Source: an uncultured Chitinophagaceae bacterium
GTDB lineage: Bacteria > Bacteroidota > Ignavibacteria > UBA10030 > UBA8401
Direction of reading: 5' to 3'
NCBI GenBank assembly: GCA_964642725.1
Contig: CAZXQG010000012.1
Coordinates: 6,163 to 70,162 of the forward strand
DNA length: 64,000 nt
In this document: one piece after another, positions 26,571 through 37,420 of the stretch
How positions within the stretch are numbered: position 1 is the stretch's first letter
Layout: every line of letters starts with the position of its first letter
Notes under the pieces: generated by a model
The model's input: the letters and a program-made list of their open reading frames with translations, nothing else
What the model was told of the DNA's origin: nothing
Database searches by the model: none
Position numbers and translations under genes: made by a program

Positions 26571-28979
26571 TCAATGGGGAACGAGCGAAATGGTCATATC
26601 CTTGTCGTAGTTCCCTTGATTGCGGGTCGGATGCTGGTTTCCTTTGGTTTGACGTTTGACATTTTCTTCGACGTAGTCCATCAATTCTCCGATCGTAACC
26701 GTGTAATCGTTGTTGATGTCGGCTTCGCCTTTCATCCCCTTCAGCAAAAAATACGTGAAAACCCCGTGCCCGAATTTATCAAGCTCTTGCGACACCTCTC
26801 CGGCCTGGCTTGCGGTGAAAACTATTGTTCCTTCCTTCGATCTCGACAAATCGGAAAGATATTGATTGATGAGATTCGTTTCGGTGAGCGAGACCCCGCG
26901 CGTCGCCACGTCGGAGCTGATTCCTCCGCTATGACATGCATCGGAAAATACGATGACGCGCTTCGAAGGAATGTATCGCGTCAGTGCCGTGTTGACATCC
27001 CACATAGGAAAGGCGGACGTTTCAAGGGAATTCGGGTCGCTGTCGTACGTCAATAAATAGTTGTTGTTCGGGTTCGCCGGCTCCGAAGCGCCATGTCCGG
27101 CGAAGTAGATGATCACCAAATCTTTGTCGATGGTCTGTCGGAGAAAATTATAGAGCGCCTGTTCAACGTTTTGCCGCGTTGCATCTTTGTTTAGAAGAAT
27201 TTTCATGTGGTCCGGCTCGAAACCGCCGCCGGCCGGGCTCTTCAAAAACTCCGCAAAGTCGCGGGCATCACGTTCCGCATAGCTGAGGTTTTTGATCAAC
27301 GGATTCGAGTACTCTGAAATCCCGATCACGACCGCCCATTGCTGCGGCTGGCCTGAAGGGTTCCGCCGCGGTTTGTCGGCCTCGACAGAAGCCGCGTTCG
27401 CCAAAATGCGGCGGTTAATATTAATGACTTTTGAAATCTTTTCGCCGTTCTTGCCGTAGACAGCGAACTGAACCTGGTTGAACCCCGACGAAAGAGGAAT
27501 CGTTTCAGATTGAAGAATGCCCGACAGCTTCCGGGGAATATTTTCCTTGCCGGCAATTTCAATGGTATTGAGTGAAATAGTATACCGCGAGTAATCGAAC
27601 CATATTTTGAATTCCAGATTTTCCGACGCCTGGTCCGTCTCCGCGTTTTCTTTTGGGTTGACAATCTCTACGGCGGATTCCTTTGTCAGCCGCTGAATGC
27701 GGATATTTTTGGTCGCAACATTCCCCCGTGTATCCGTTGCAGTAAGAGAAATATCGTTCGCACCGACAAGCGGGAGCTGCACGAGACCGGAAAATGCTTT
27801 TGACGGAATCTTTGTACCGAACTGCGATCTTTCATCAGCGGTCAATTCCATCAACGCAACCGATTGCCCTGCAACCGTCGCTTCTTTAACGCCGCTTTCA
27901 TCAGAAGCAATGCCCGTAAGTTCAATTTCGTTTGCGAACACTTTGCAGGTTTCCCCGTCTTTCAGAACCGGCTGTTGAAGAACAATCGTCGGCGGTTCTC
28001 TGTCCGGCTTTCGGGTTAGAACAGAAAATGTCTGCACGGCGCCGGATACTGTTACCCCGACAAGAGTGGAACTATCCGGCAGAAACAACGCAGCGGCGTA
28101 GACGATGCCGGTATCCGCGATGCTTTTCCGCAGGACCCCCGTCGTGACATCCCAGACCGCTATTCCGTTCCCCGTTGCAGCAAGCCATGAGTTGTTCGGG
28201 TTGAAAGCGAGCGATGTAATGGCGCTTGAATTTCCGCGCATTGTATGGAGGAGAGAAAAATTTTGAGCATCCCAGACTCTGATCGTTGAGTCTGCTCCCC
28301 CGGCGGCAAGATACTTGCCGTTCGGACTGAACGTTACGACGGTCGCTTTGTTTTTAACCTCCGTTAGAGTATTGAGAAGAACATACTTTTGCGGGTCAAA
28401 AATTCTGACGGCGCCGTCGGCGTTTGCAACGGCAACCCGGTTCCCAGCCGGGTTGAAACTAACACCGAGCACTTCGCTCTCATCCGTTCCATTGGGAAGC
28501 ATACCAAGAACGTCGTCCGATGCCATTGTCCAAAGTTTTATTTCTCCGTCGCCTCCGCCGCTGACAATTCTTCCCCCCGCATCAATGTCGAGCGAGCGAA
28601 CTCCAAGACCTTTTCCGTGTGCCGGAAACTCTTTTAACAGTGTACTATCGGCAACGCTCCAAAAAGAAAGAAGTCCGTTCGCCCCTCCTGAAACGAGATA
28701 CTTTCCGTCTGCAGTAATTGCAAGGGTCAATATCCTCGAACTGCGCCCGGTTAGAGTACACTTTTCCCGCAGAGTTACGGGGTCAATAATCTTTATTGAT
28801 TTGTCTAATCCGGCTAAAGCAAGAAGCCCTCCCCCCGAGGCGATTTTTGCGGTGTAAATCGTGTTTCTCGCAACCGTGGCGTGTTGAATGGGTTCAACGT
28901 ATAATTCCTGCGCAGACAATTCCACTAAACAGAGGAATACCGCGGAAAAGAATGCGAGCAGTGAGACCCTTGAAATCAT
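26571..28979 (-). CDS. secreted WD40-repeat protein with C-terminal caspase-like (peptidase C14) domain
   Basis: The track start is TTG at 29003. The ATG at 28979 gives MISRVSLLAFFSAVFLCLVELSAQE, a signal peptide. WD40 repeats are present (LVSGGANGLLSFWSV, IVSGGGDGEIKLWTM, AVANADGAVRIFD, LAAGGADSTIRVWDA). A ~200-aa beta-rich spacer precedes the caspase fold WAVVIGISEY. The catalytic His is in VIIYFAGHGAS and the catalytic Cys is in VIVFSDACHSGG. Confidence 0.85.
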   Translation of the reverse strand: MISRVSLLAFFSAVFLCLVELSAQELYVEPIQHATVARNTIYTAKIASGGGLLALAGLDKSIKIIDPVTLREKCTLTGRSSRILTLAITADGKYLVSGGANGLLSFWSVADSTLLKEFPAHGKGLGVRSLDIDAGGRIVSGGGDGEIKLWTMASDDVLGMLPNGTDESEVLGVSFNPAGNRVAVANADGAVRIFDPQKYVLLNTLTEVKNKATVVTFSPNGKYLAAGGADSTIRVWDAQNFSLLHTMRGNSSAITSLAFNPNNSWLAATGNGIAVWDVTTGVLRKSIADTGIVYAAALFLPDSSTLVGVTVSGAVQTFSVLTRKPDREPPTIVLQQPVLKDGETCKVFANEIELTGIASDESGVKEATVAGQSVALMELTADERSQFGTKIPSKAFSGLVQLPLVGANDISLTATDTRGNVATKNIRIQRLTKESAVEIVNPKENAETDQASENLEFKIWFDYSRYTISLNTIEIAGKENIPRKLSGILQSETIPLSSGFNQVQFAVYGKNGEKISKVININRRILANAASVEADKPRRNPSGQPQQWAVVIGISEYSNPLIKNLSYAERDARDFAEFLKSPAGGGFEPDHMKILLNKDATRQNVEQALYNFLRQTIDKDLVIIYFAGHGASEPANPNNNYLLTYDSDPNSLETSAFPMWDVNTALTRYIPSKRVIVFSDACHSGGISSDVATRGVSLTETNLINQYLSDLSRSKEGTIVFTASQAGEVSQELDKFGHGVFTYFLLKGMKGEADINNDYTVTIGELMDYVEENVKRQTKGNQHPTRNQGNYDKDMTISLVPH

Positions 28980-29231
28980 ATATTCCCTTTTTTCAAACGA
29001 CAATTATTGGGAGTATAGTCGATCGCTCATCGGTTGGGGATCGGCGAGAAGAACGCAGAATGTTCACAAGTATGGGAAAAAGTCATCTCTTTGTCAAGGC
29101 TCCTTATCACACCGAAGAAAGCCGGCCGAAGAGAAAAGCAATTGACTCTCGCCCCTCCGTTTTATATATTCAATTCGACTTTTTGAGTGTTTTTGGCTAT
29201 TGACGGTTCTTACTGCGGTTTTAAGAATTCC

Positions 29232-31148
29232 ATGAAAAACTTCTTCCTTTCCGTTTTCCTGCCGTTTTTTTTCCTGTTTTCCGGGGCAAACGCTCAGCAA
29301 AATCCCGTTTCAATAAAACTAAAAATTGCCGAAAAATCCGGCCTGTTCAATATGGGCGGACCCAGATTTGTCAGGCTTACCCTCTCAACCCAGAAAAGCG
29401 AGACGAAGCTTAATTGTGAAAATGTGAATAGCGGGACGTATTATTATTTTCTCCTTCAAAATGAAGGAAGCTGGACTATCGACCCAGATTTCCTTAAAGA
29501 GAACCTCCCGCAGTTTTCGTTGACGCAGGATTCGTTACGGCTTCATCCGGATTTTGCGGACAATATAATTGCCAACGGCGACAGCACGATCGTGCTGATC
29601 GGATTTCGAAAAACATTCGCGCTCAACAAACCGTTCGCATTCGAGTATCCGCTCAACAACGGAGTGGCAAGAATTGAAGTGAAAGTGCCGCAGGAATACT
29701 GGGCCGGCTATTCAAAGGTAACGCGGTATTTCGATGCTGCGGACAAGGCGTTGAACGCCTTGTGCTATAAAGAAGCGATCGCGAACTTTAACACGATCCT
29801 CGGCGACCAGGGGCTTGCAATTTTTCCTACATACTCTACCGCCAAGGAAAAACGGTTAGAGGGATTCACAAAATACTTTGAAGAGAAGTTCGACAGCCTT
29901 TCGAAAACGATGGCGAGCGGCGCTGGCATAAAGCAGAAGATCGCGGCAAACAGAGAAGCTGTTCCGAAATTTCAGTTCGTCGAAGATTCGCTTGCCGACC
30001 AGTCGCTCGGCATTTCTGCCGCGGATGAAACCGTTGCACCGTTGATGGAAAAAGCGCGAAGCGCAATCCAACGCTCGCATACTGCCCTCGACTCGCTTCA
30101 TCAAGCGCTCGACGATTTCAACGTGCGATGGATTATTGCAGGGTCGTCGGGAGGGAGAATCGACTTCAAGTACAAGTACATTGTTGAAGCACTTGCGTAT
30201 GCCTTTGCATCCGTCAACTTCGCGGATTCGGCGGCAAGAGAAATGACTTTTACGATTCCTGAAGAACTTTCCGCCCGGTTAAAAAAATATAATATCGAAG
30301 AATCGTACGAAACGTTCACCCGCATTGCAAACGAGCGCTGGAAGAACAGATTAGAGCTGTTCCCTGCAGGGTTCCTTGCCAATCTCAGCAGAGACTCGGC
30401 ACAGTTTCCGCTCCCCTTTTATTCGGTACTGACAGCGGTGAACGATTTCTATTTCTTAAATTTTACGGACGCGCGGAAAGAAATCTTTCAGGTGATGAAG
30501 ACATCCTACGACCATGAATTGACGAACAGGATGGATGGCCTGCGTATTCTCATCGACACGCGGGAGAAGAAGATTCCGAGCGAAGTGCTCGCACATATGC
30601 GCGACGGCGAAGCGGCGGAAGAAAAGGGAAACACAGACGGAGCGGCAGAACACTATAAAGACGCGATGCTCATTGCCGAAGACTACGCCCCGGCCGCCTT
30701 CGCCCTTGGAAAGCTGTATGACCGCATCGGAGACAGCTATAAGGCGAACAACTTTTTCCAGAAAGCCGTTTCTACCGACACGCTGTATTATTCCGCCTAC
30801 CGATTCTTGTATACCAATTACTTCAAGAATTCAAATTTCAAGCCGATGATCGATTTGCTGACACAGGCGCTTGCACGCGGAAACGATTTTTACGACATCC
30901 ATTATTATCTTGGCATTGCCTACAACGGCGCAGCGTTGTTCGAGGATGCAATCAAACAGTACGAACGCGCGCTGGAATTGAACGCACGAAGCACCGACGC
31001 GAACATTCAAGCCGGGATTGCATACCAGAACATGAAATCGTATGTCAAGGCTCGCGAATACTACACGCGGGCAATTCAAATCGATCCCGAGAACCAAACG
31101 GCGACCGAGAATTTAAAAAGGCTGGATGAACTGCAGAAGAAATTCTGA
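29232..31148 (+). CDS. secreted TPR-repeat protein with large unassigned N-terminal region
   Basis: The track start is GTG at 29187. The ATG at 29232 gives MKNFFLSVFLPFFFLFSGANAQ, a signal peptide. The C-terminal ~170 aa form TPR-like repeats (AAEHYKDAMLIAEDYAPAAFALGKLYDRIGD, YYLGIAYNGAALFEDAIKQYERALELN, AGIAYQNMKSYVKAREYYTRAIQIDPEN). Confidence 0.7.
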   Translation: MKNFFLSVFLPFFFLFSGANAQQNPVSIKLKIAEKSGLFNMGGPRFVRLTLSTQKSETKLNCENVNSGTYYYFLLQNEGSWTIDPDFLKENLPQFSLTQDSLRLHPDFADNIIANGDSTIVLIGFRKTFALNKPFAFEYPLNNGVARIEVKVPQEYWAGYSKVTRYFDAADKALNALCYKEAIANFNTILGDQGLAIFPTYSTAKEKRLEGFTKYFEEKFDSLSKTMASGAGIKQKIAANREAVPKFQFVEDSLADQSLGISAADETVAPLMEKARSAIQRSHTALDSLHQALDDFNVRWIIAGSSGGRIDFKYKYIVEALAYAFASVNFADSAAREMTFTIPEELSARLKKYNIEESYETFTRIANERWKNRLELFPAGFLANLSRDSAQFPLPFYSVLTAVNDFYFLNFTDARKEIFQVMKTSYDHELTNRMDGLRILIDTREKKIPSEVLAHMRDGEAAEEKGNTDGAAEHYKDAMLIAEDYAPAAFALGKLYDRIGDSYKANNFFQKAVSTDTLYYSAYRFLYTNYFKNSNFKPMIDLLTQALARGNDFYDIHYYLGIAYNGAALFEDAIKQYERALELNARSTDANIQAGIAYQNMKSYVKAREYYTRAIQIDPENQTATENLKRLDELQKKF

Positions 31149-31161
31149 ACTGCTAACCCCA

Positions 31162-31185
31162 CCCCCGAGGGAGTCCTTTTGGAAC
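31162..31185. repeat. short member of the intergenic repeat family
   Basis: cccccgagggagtccttttggaac lies between convergent genes. It resembles cccgaagggatccctttgggaag at 39607. A ccctcc/ggaggg hairpin follows at 31189-31209. Confidence 0.35.
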
Positions 31186-31227
31186 TGACCCTCCCCTTCT
31201 AGTGGAGGGAAAAACACTCCGCGTCAG

Positions 31228-34206
31228 TTACACCCCCGGTTTCAAAATAATTCCTTTGTTCTTGTGCCCGTTCATTTTGACCGTGATTGGTTTTTCGCAG
31301 CGGATGTGGCGCGTGTAAGTCATTTCTTCTACGGCATGCTGCGCGCCAAGCCAGTCCCAATCAATAAACCCTTGATTCGCCTGAGCGTTGACCGTGAAAT
31401 ATCCGACCATAAATGACGTGAGGTTCTGGAAAAAGTGCGACCCTTGCGACGGAGCGACATTGAAATCTTTCATGTTCGCTTCGACGATTGCGCGGGCTCC
31501 GGAGATTTGATCCCACGTGACGGGAATTCCAAGCCACGGGTCGAGCGTCCCCCATCGTCCGACGCCGATGAGAAGGTACGGCGTGTTCTCCGAAACCAGT
31601 TTCATGTTGAGCCGGCTCACCTCCCAGCCGACTTCGCGGGTTTTCGCCCGGTCGAACCGGTTGATGTCCACAACGACGATATCGTGAATATCTTTGATGA
31701 CGCCGTTCCCCAAAACCTGCAAACTCTGGCACACCAGTCCTGCCGGGTCGATCTCTTCAACGTTCAATTCTTCCAACTCCCGGCTGATGACCAGCGGGCG
31801 CATCTGGAGCAGGCCGAATTCTTTCGGTTTTCCGTTCGGCACGGAGAGATTAACGGCGAATTCTATTTCCACAGCCGAGCCCATCCCCCAGCTTCCCATG
31901 TCGAGAAGTAGTTCAAGAATTTTGGGGAGGGGAAATAGCTGTCCCTTCAATACCGGCGCGAAGGTGACCAAACGAGTTCCCTGTCTCGATATGCCGTCGG
32001 AAATAGAATTGTTTTCGTGGGAGTACGTCGAGCCGATTGCATTCAATGTACCATCGTATTCGGCGATATGCAGGTCGAATTTTTTCACCAGCATGTCGCG
32101 GGTAACAACAATCGCGTCCTCACGCTCATTAAGGACAAGTCCGAAGAATTCATTCTGATTGTTTCGGATAACGTCGTCGATCGACATCAATTGTTGGAGC
32201 TGAAGGGGATGTTTCGGGCAGAAACGGAGAACATTTCCGCCGTCGGCGATGATTTTTCCGAGGCCCAACGCGACCGACGCAATGCCGTCCTGCGGCGTTT
32301 GCGGCTGGAGAGGATAGAAATTGTACGATTTCCCGACACCGGAAAAATCCGGATAAAATTTATTGTTGTGCGGCACACCAACCATCTTCTGGATGATCAC
32401 CGCCATTTTTTCTTCTTCAAGCCGGTACGATGTCACGCGAATATAATCTTTTGCGGACCGGTAAAACGTTGAAGCATAGACACGCTTAATCGTTTTCACG
32501 AGTTCTTTCAGCCTGCTTCGCCGGTCGGGGTCATTATTCGGAATCATATATGTTTCGTACACACCGGCGAACGGATGGTATTGGGAGTCCTCCAGCAGGC
32601 TCGACGAGCGAACAGCGAGCGGCTCATTCACGAGCTCGAGAAATGCCGCCAGGTCATTCAGTATCTCGTCCGGAAATTTTTTCGCCTCGAGGAATCGCCG
32701 GGTAAGTTCGGTATCGTCGTCGGCGTTAAGAGCGTAACTCCGAAGCCGGTTGTCGTCCAAAAATTGATCGAAAACATCCGTTCCGATTACCACTGACGAT
32801 GGGACAAAAATTTTCACACCGTCAAACCTGTCGCGCACATCGTGACTGTTGATAAGAAGGTTGACAAACCCCAGGCCGCGAGCTTTCCCGCCCAACGAAC
32901 CGCTGCCGATACGCGCAAAACTATTCGACGCGTCGAACGTTTCTTTCGTAAAATCTGTAATACTCCCCCGCTGGCGAAGCTGGCGGTAGTCGCGCAAAGA
33001 GGCGATAAGGTCGGCACGGAGAGCCGTCACGGACGGGTAATCCGACACCTTGCGCGGGCGCAGGCGGTGGGCGAGCCAGAATTCCGTGCGCGCCTTGAGC
33101 CAATTCGAAAAGTGATTCCGTTCGCCGTGGTAGCGAATGCTTTCTTCGGGCACCAGATGGAGTTGTTCTTCGAGTGTCTTTAAATCGTGTGCCCGGCCCA
33201 CCTCAACCCCATCCTGTGTGCGGAATACAAAGTCGCCAAAGCTGAAATACTGTACCATGAACTGCCGCAAATCTTCCAGCAGCGTCGGAGAATCCTTGAG
33301 CAGGAACGAGGCGCCGACTAACCGCGCCTGTTTCTCGTTCTCCCGCATATTCGATTGAAGCAAAATCGGAATGTCGGGATGTTCAATTTTTACATTCTTT
33401 GCAAATTCGATGCCGGCCTGAGGGTTTTGAACCCCTTCACGGAAAAAATCAATATCCGAGATCACTCCGAGAATATAGTCCTGGTATTTCCGGTAATACT
33501 CCCACGCTTCTTCGTATGTCGTGCAGAGAAGAATTTTCGGCCGCGCACGCATCCTCAGGAATTTATCTGAAAGATTAATTCCTTCGGAGATCAGCCGCAG
33601 CGATTGTTTCAGCGTCTCGGTGTAGATGAGCGGAAGATAGGACGAATAAAAGCGGACATTGTCTTCAATAAGAATGATCGATTGGACGCCCGCAGCGCGG
33701 GTATCGTTTTCGACGTTTAACCGGTCTTCAACGTACTTGATGATGGCGATGATGATACGAAAATCTCCCTGCCAGATAAATACCCTGTCAAACACCGACG
33801 TATCGTGGTGCGCGAACAATTCAGTCAATTCACGGTTATCATACGCCAGCACCACGATTGGGACATTCAATCCGGCTTCATGCACCATCCGCGCGAACGT
33901 CGCAGCATGCATGTCTTCGATATGCAGCGTTGTGATGATCATATCGAAGCGATTCTCTTCTTTCGCCAGCACGAGTGCATCTTTCCCGCTCGACACCCGG
34001 GTGAGTTCCGGCGAATGGCTTAAGTTCAATCCTTGATATTCGTTTCGGATTAACTCGTACAGCCTTCCGTCTTCTTCAAACAGGTATGAATCGTAAAGGC
34101 TGGAGACAAGAAGAATGTCGCGAACGCGGAAGCGGGCCAGGTTTTGAAAACCCTGGACGCGGGCACCGTAACCGTGTTCAACCCAGAGGGGATCGATGGT
34201 TTGCAT
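31228..34206 (-). CDS. pseudo-receiver domains fused to a PEP/pyruvate-binding (PPDK_N-type ATP-grasp) domain protein
   Basis: The track start (TTG at 34233) falls in the T-rich tail of the gdhA terminator. The ATG at 34206 (MQTIDPLW) is preferred. Two receiver-like modules lack the acidic pocket (RDILLVSSLYDSY, SIILIEDNVRFYSS). The central part shows ARIGSGSLGGKARGLGFVN, LAVRSSSLLEDS and FAGVYETY. The C-terminal ~230 aa are unassigned. No swivel phospho-His (TSHAA-like) motif was seen. Confidence 0.75.
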   Translation of the reverse strand: MQTIDPLWVEHGYGARVQGFQNLARFRVRDILLVSSLYDSYLFEEDGRLYELIRNEYQGLNLSHSPELTRVSSGKDALVLAKEENRFDMIITTLHIEDMHAATFARMVHEAGLNVPIVVLAYDNRELTELFAHHDTSVFDRVFIWQGDFRIIIAIIKYVEDRLNVENDTRAAGVQSIILIEDNVRFYSSYLPLIYTETLKQSLRLISEGINLSDKFLRMRARPKILLCTTYEEAWEYYRKYQDYILGVISDIDFFREGVQNPQAGIEFAKNVKIEHPDIPILLQSNMRENEKQARLVGASFLLKDSPTLLEDLRQFMVQYFSFGDFVFRTQDGVEVGRAHDLKTLEEQLHLVPEESIRYHGERNHFSNWLKARTEFWLAHRLRPRKVSDYPSVTALRADLIASLRDYRQLRQRGSITDFTKETFDASNSFARIGSGSLGGKARGLGFVNLLINSHDVRDRFDGVKIFVPSSVVIGTDVFDQFLDDNRLRSYALNADDDTELTRRFLEAKKFPDEILNDLAAFLELVNEPLAVRSSSLLEDSQYHPFAGVYETYMIPNNDPDRRSRLKELVKTIKRVYASTFYRSAKDYIRVTSYRLEEEKMAVIIQKMVGVPHNNKFYPDFSGVGKSYNFYPLQPQTPQDGIASVALGLGKIIADGGNVLRFCPKHPLQLQQLMSIDDVIRNNQNEFFGLVLNEREDAIVVTRDMLVKKFDLHIAEYDGTLNAIGSTYSHENNSISDGISRQGTRLVTFAPVLKGQLFPLPKILELLLDMGSWGMGSAVEIEFAVNLSVPNGKPKEFGLLQMRPLVISRELEELNVEEIDPAGLVCQSLQVLGNGVIKDIHDIVVVDINRFDRAKTREVGWEVSRLNMKLVSENTPYLLIGVGRWGTLDPWLGIPVTWDQISGARAIVEANMKDFNVAPSQGSHFFQNLTSFMVGYFTVNAQANQGFIDWDWLGAQHAVEEMTYTRHIRCEKPITVKMNGHKNKGIILKPGV

Positions 34207-34230
34207 TGAGGAATGGTAATAAAGAAAAAG

Positions 34231-34269
34231 CAAAAATAAAAGCAGGCGAGAAGGAATTTACTCGCCTGC
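34231..34269 (-). terminator. rho-independent terminator downstream of gdhA
   Basis: A perfect 9-bp stem, gcaggcgag (34242-34250) / ctcgcctgc (34261-34269), encloses a 10-nt loop. On the minus strand it is followed by ttttattttt. The plus strand also carries a T7 run after the stem, so it could act in both directions. Confidence 0.7.
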
Positions 34270-34289
34270 GTTTTTTTCTTCGGAGATTG

Positions 34290-35762
<1,473 letters not shown>

Positions 35763-36110
35763 TTATAGCGGCAAAAGGTGCAAAAACTATGCCGCTGTAT
35801 AAAGTTACGGTTTTGATGTTTAAACCCCGGTTTGTAAAGTGCCGAGGCTGGCTTTTCTTAAAATTGCAATCAAAGAAAACAAAAATATTAACTTTGGATT
35901 ATGTCAAAATCCTCGTTTACTTTTTTTAATCTTTCTTTCGCATTCAAAAAGAATTGAGAACTTCCTTTATCGCGGGAACTTTTATTGGGAGAAAATATTT
36001 CACCTGCTTTTTTCATGCAAACTTGCTATCTTCTCGCATTGAACAACCTTCGCATATAACGAACCATCGGAAGGCTTGAAACAAAGAAAAGCTCAATCTC
36101 GATAGGTGTC

Positions 36111-37412
36111 ATGAACCTTCCGACAGTTGAGTTCAACAAAAACATTTTCCCCGAGGATCGCATGATGAATGAAAGTGTTCTGGATCGTCTTCTCCGCTAT
36201 GTGAAAATCGACACGCAGTCGAAAGAAGACGCCGATTCATACCCAAGCACAGCAAAGCAACTCGACCTTTTAAACCTGCTCGTAAAAGAATTGAAAGATC
36301 TGGGAATAGAAGACGCCGCTATTGACAAGTATGGGTACGTGATGGCAACGGTTCCGTCAAACCTCCCGCCGTCTCATAAAGCATACGGCAAAGTCCCTGT
36401 TGTCGGACTGATCTCACATGTCGACACGTCCCCATCGGAAAGCGGCGCGAACGTGAAGCCGCAGGTCATCGACTATAAGGGCGGCGACATTGTGCTGCCG
36501 GGTGACAAGTCGGTTGTCATCAAGGATTCGGAGAATCCGGAATTGCGTCATAACGTCGGGAAAAAAGTCGTCACCAGCGACGGCACAACGCTTCTCGGTG
36601 CGGACGATAAAGCAGGTCTCGCAATCATCATGACGGCGGCACAGACGCTCCTGAACGACCCGGCCTTTCTTCATGGCGACATCCGCATCGGTTTTACTCC
36701 CGATGAAGAGATCGGCGCGGGGACAAAATATTTCGACATAAGAAAATTCGGCGCTAAATTTGCCTACACGGTCGACGGCGATACTCCTGGTGAGTTGAAC
36801 AAAGAGACATTCAGCGCGGACCAGGCAGTCATTACCGTGCATGGGAGAAACATTCACCCCGGATCGGCAAAAGGAATCATGGTAAACTCCATCCGCACGA
36901 TGGCAGATATCATCGCGCGTATGCCGAAAGACACCGCGCCGGAAACGACTGAAGGCTACGAGCCGTACATTCATCCGCACACCGTGGAAGGGGAAGAATC
37001 AAAATCGACGCTGAAAATTCTCCTCCGCGATTTCAATACCCCGGGATTGAAGGTGCTCAAACAGAAACTGGAAAAGATCATCGCGGAAGTGGGGCCGCTC
37101 CATCCGAAAGCAAAAATTGAATTGAAGATCATCGAGCAGTACCGAAATATGAAAGACGGTCTCGGCAACGATCCGCGGCTTCTCGATTGCCTTGAAGAAG
37201 CCACGAAACGATCCGGACTCCAACCGAAATGGCAGCCGATTCGCGGCGGCACCGACGGTTCGCGGTTAACAGAAAATGGTTTGCCGACGCCGAATATTTT
37301 TACCGGCGGACAGAATTATCATTGCAAGAATGAATGGGCATCTGTCTACGGAATGGAAAAAGCTGTCGAAACGGTCGTCAACCTTGTGCAACTCTGGGCT
37401 GAACGAAGCTAA
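36111..37412 (+). CDS. pepT: peptidase T (tripeptide aminopeptidase, M20B)
   Basis: 433-aa ORF from ATG 36111. An alternative ATG at 36162 gives MMNESVLDRLLRYVKIDTQS, the usual PepT N-terminus. Motifs seen are ISHVDTSP, LLGADDKAGLAIIM, GFTPDEEIG and RGGTDGS. Confidence 0.9.
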   Translation: MNLPTVEFNKNIFPEDRMMNESVLDRLLRYVKIDTQSKEDADSYPSTAKQLDLLNLLVKELKDLGIEDAAIDKYGYVMATVPSNLPPSHKAYGKVPVVGLISHVDTSPSESGANVKPQVIDYKGGDIVLPGDKSVVIKDSENPELRHNVGKKVVTSDGTTLLGADDKAGLAIIMTAAQTLLNDPAFLHGDIRIGFTPDEEIGAGTKYFDIRKFGAKFAYTVDGDTPGELNKETFSADQAVITVHGRNIHPGSAKGIMVNSIRTMADIIARMPKDTAPETTEGYEPYIHPHTVEGEESKSTLKILLRDFNTPGLKVLKQKLEKIIAEVGPLHPKAKIELKIIEQYRNMKDGLGNDPRLLDCLEEATKRSGLQPKWQPIRGGTDGSRLTENGLPTPNIFTGGQNYHCKNEWASVYGMEKAVETVVNLVQLWAERS

Positions 37413-37420
37413 CTTTTTCT

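Noticed and set aside
31189-31209. Hairpin ccctcc/ggaggg between the TPR gene and the PPDK_N-like gene as a terminator
   Set aside because: The stem is only 6 bp. The T-run lies on the wrong side of the stem for the minus-strand transcript, and an A-run follows it on the plus strand. It is not a convincing intrinsic terminator in either direction.
36414-36980. 188-aa minus-strand ORF
   Set aside because: It is antisense to pepT, which has clear M20 metallopeptidase motifs.
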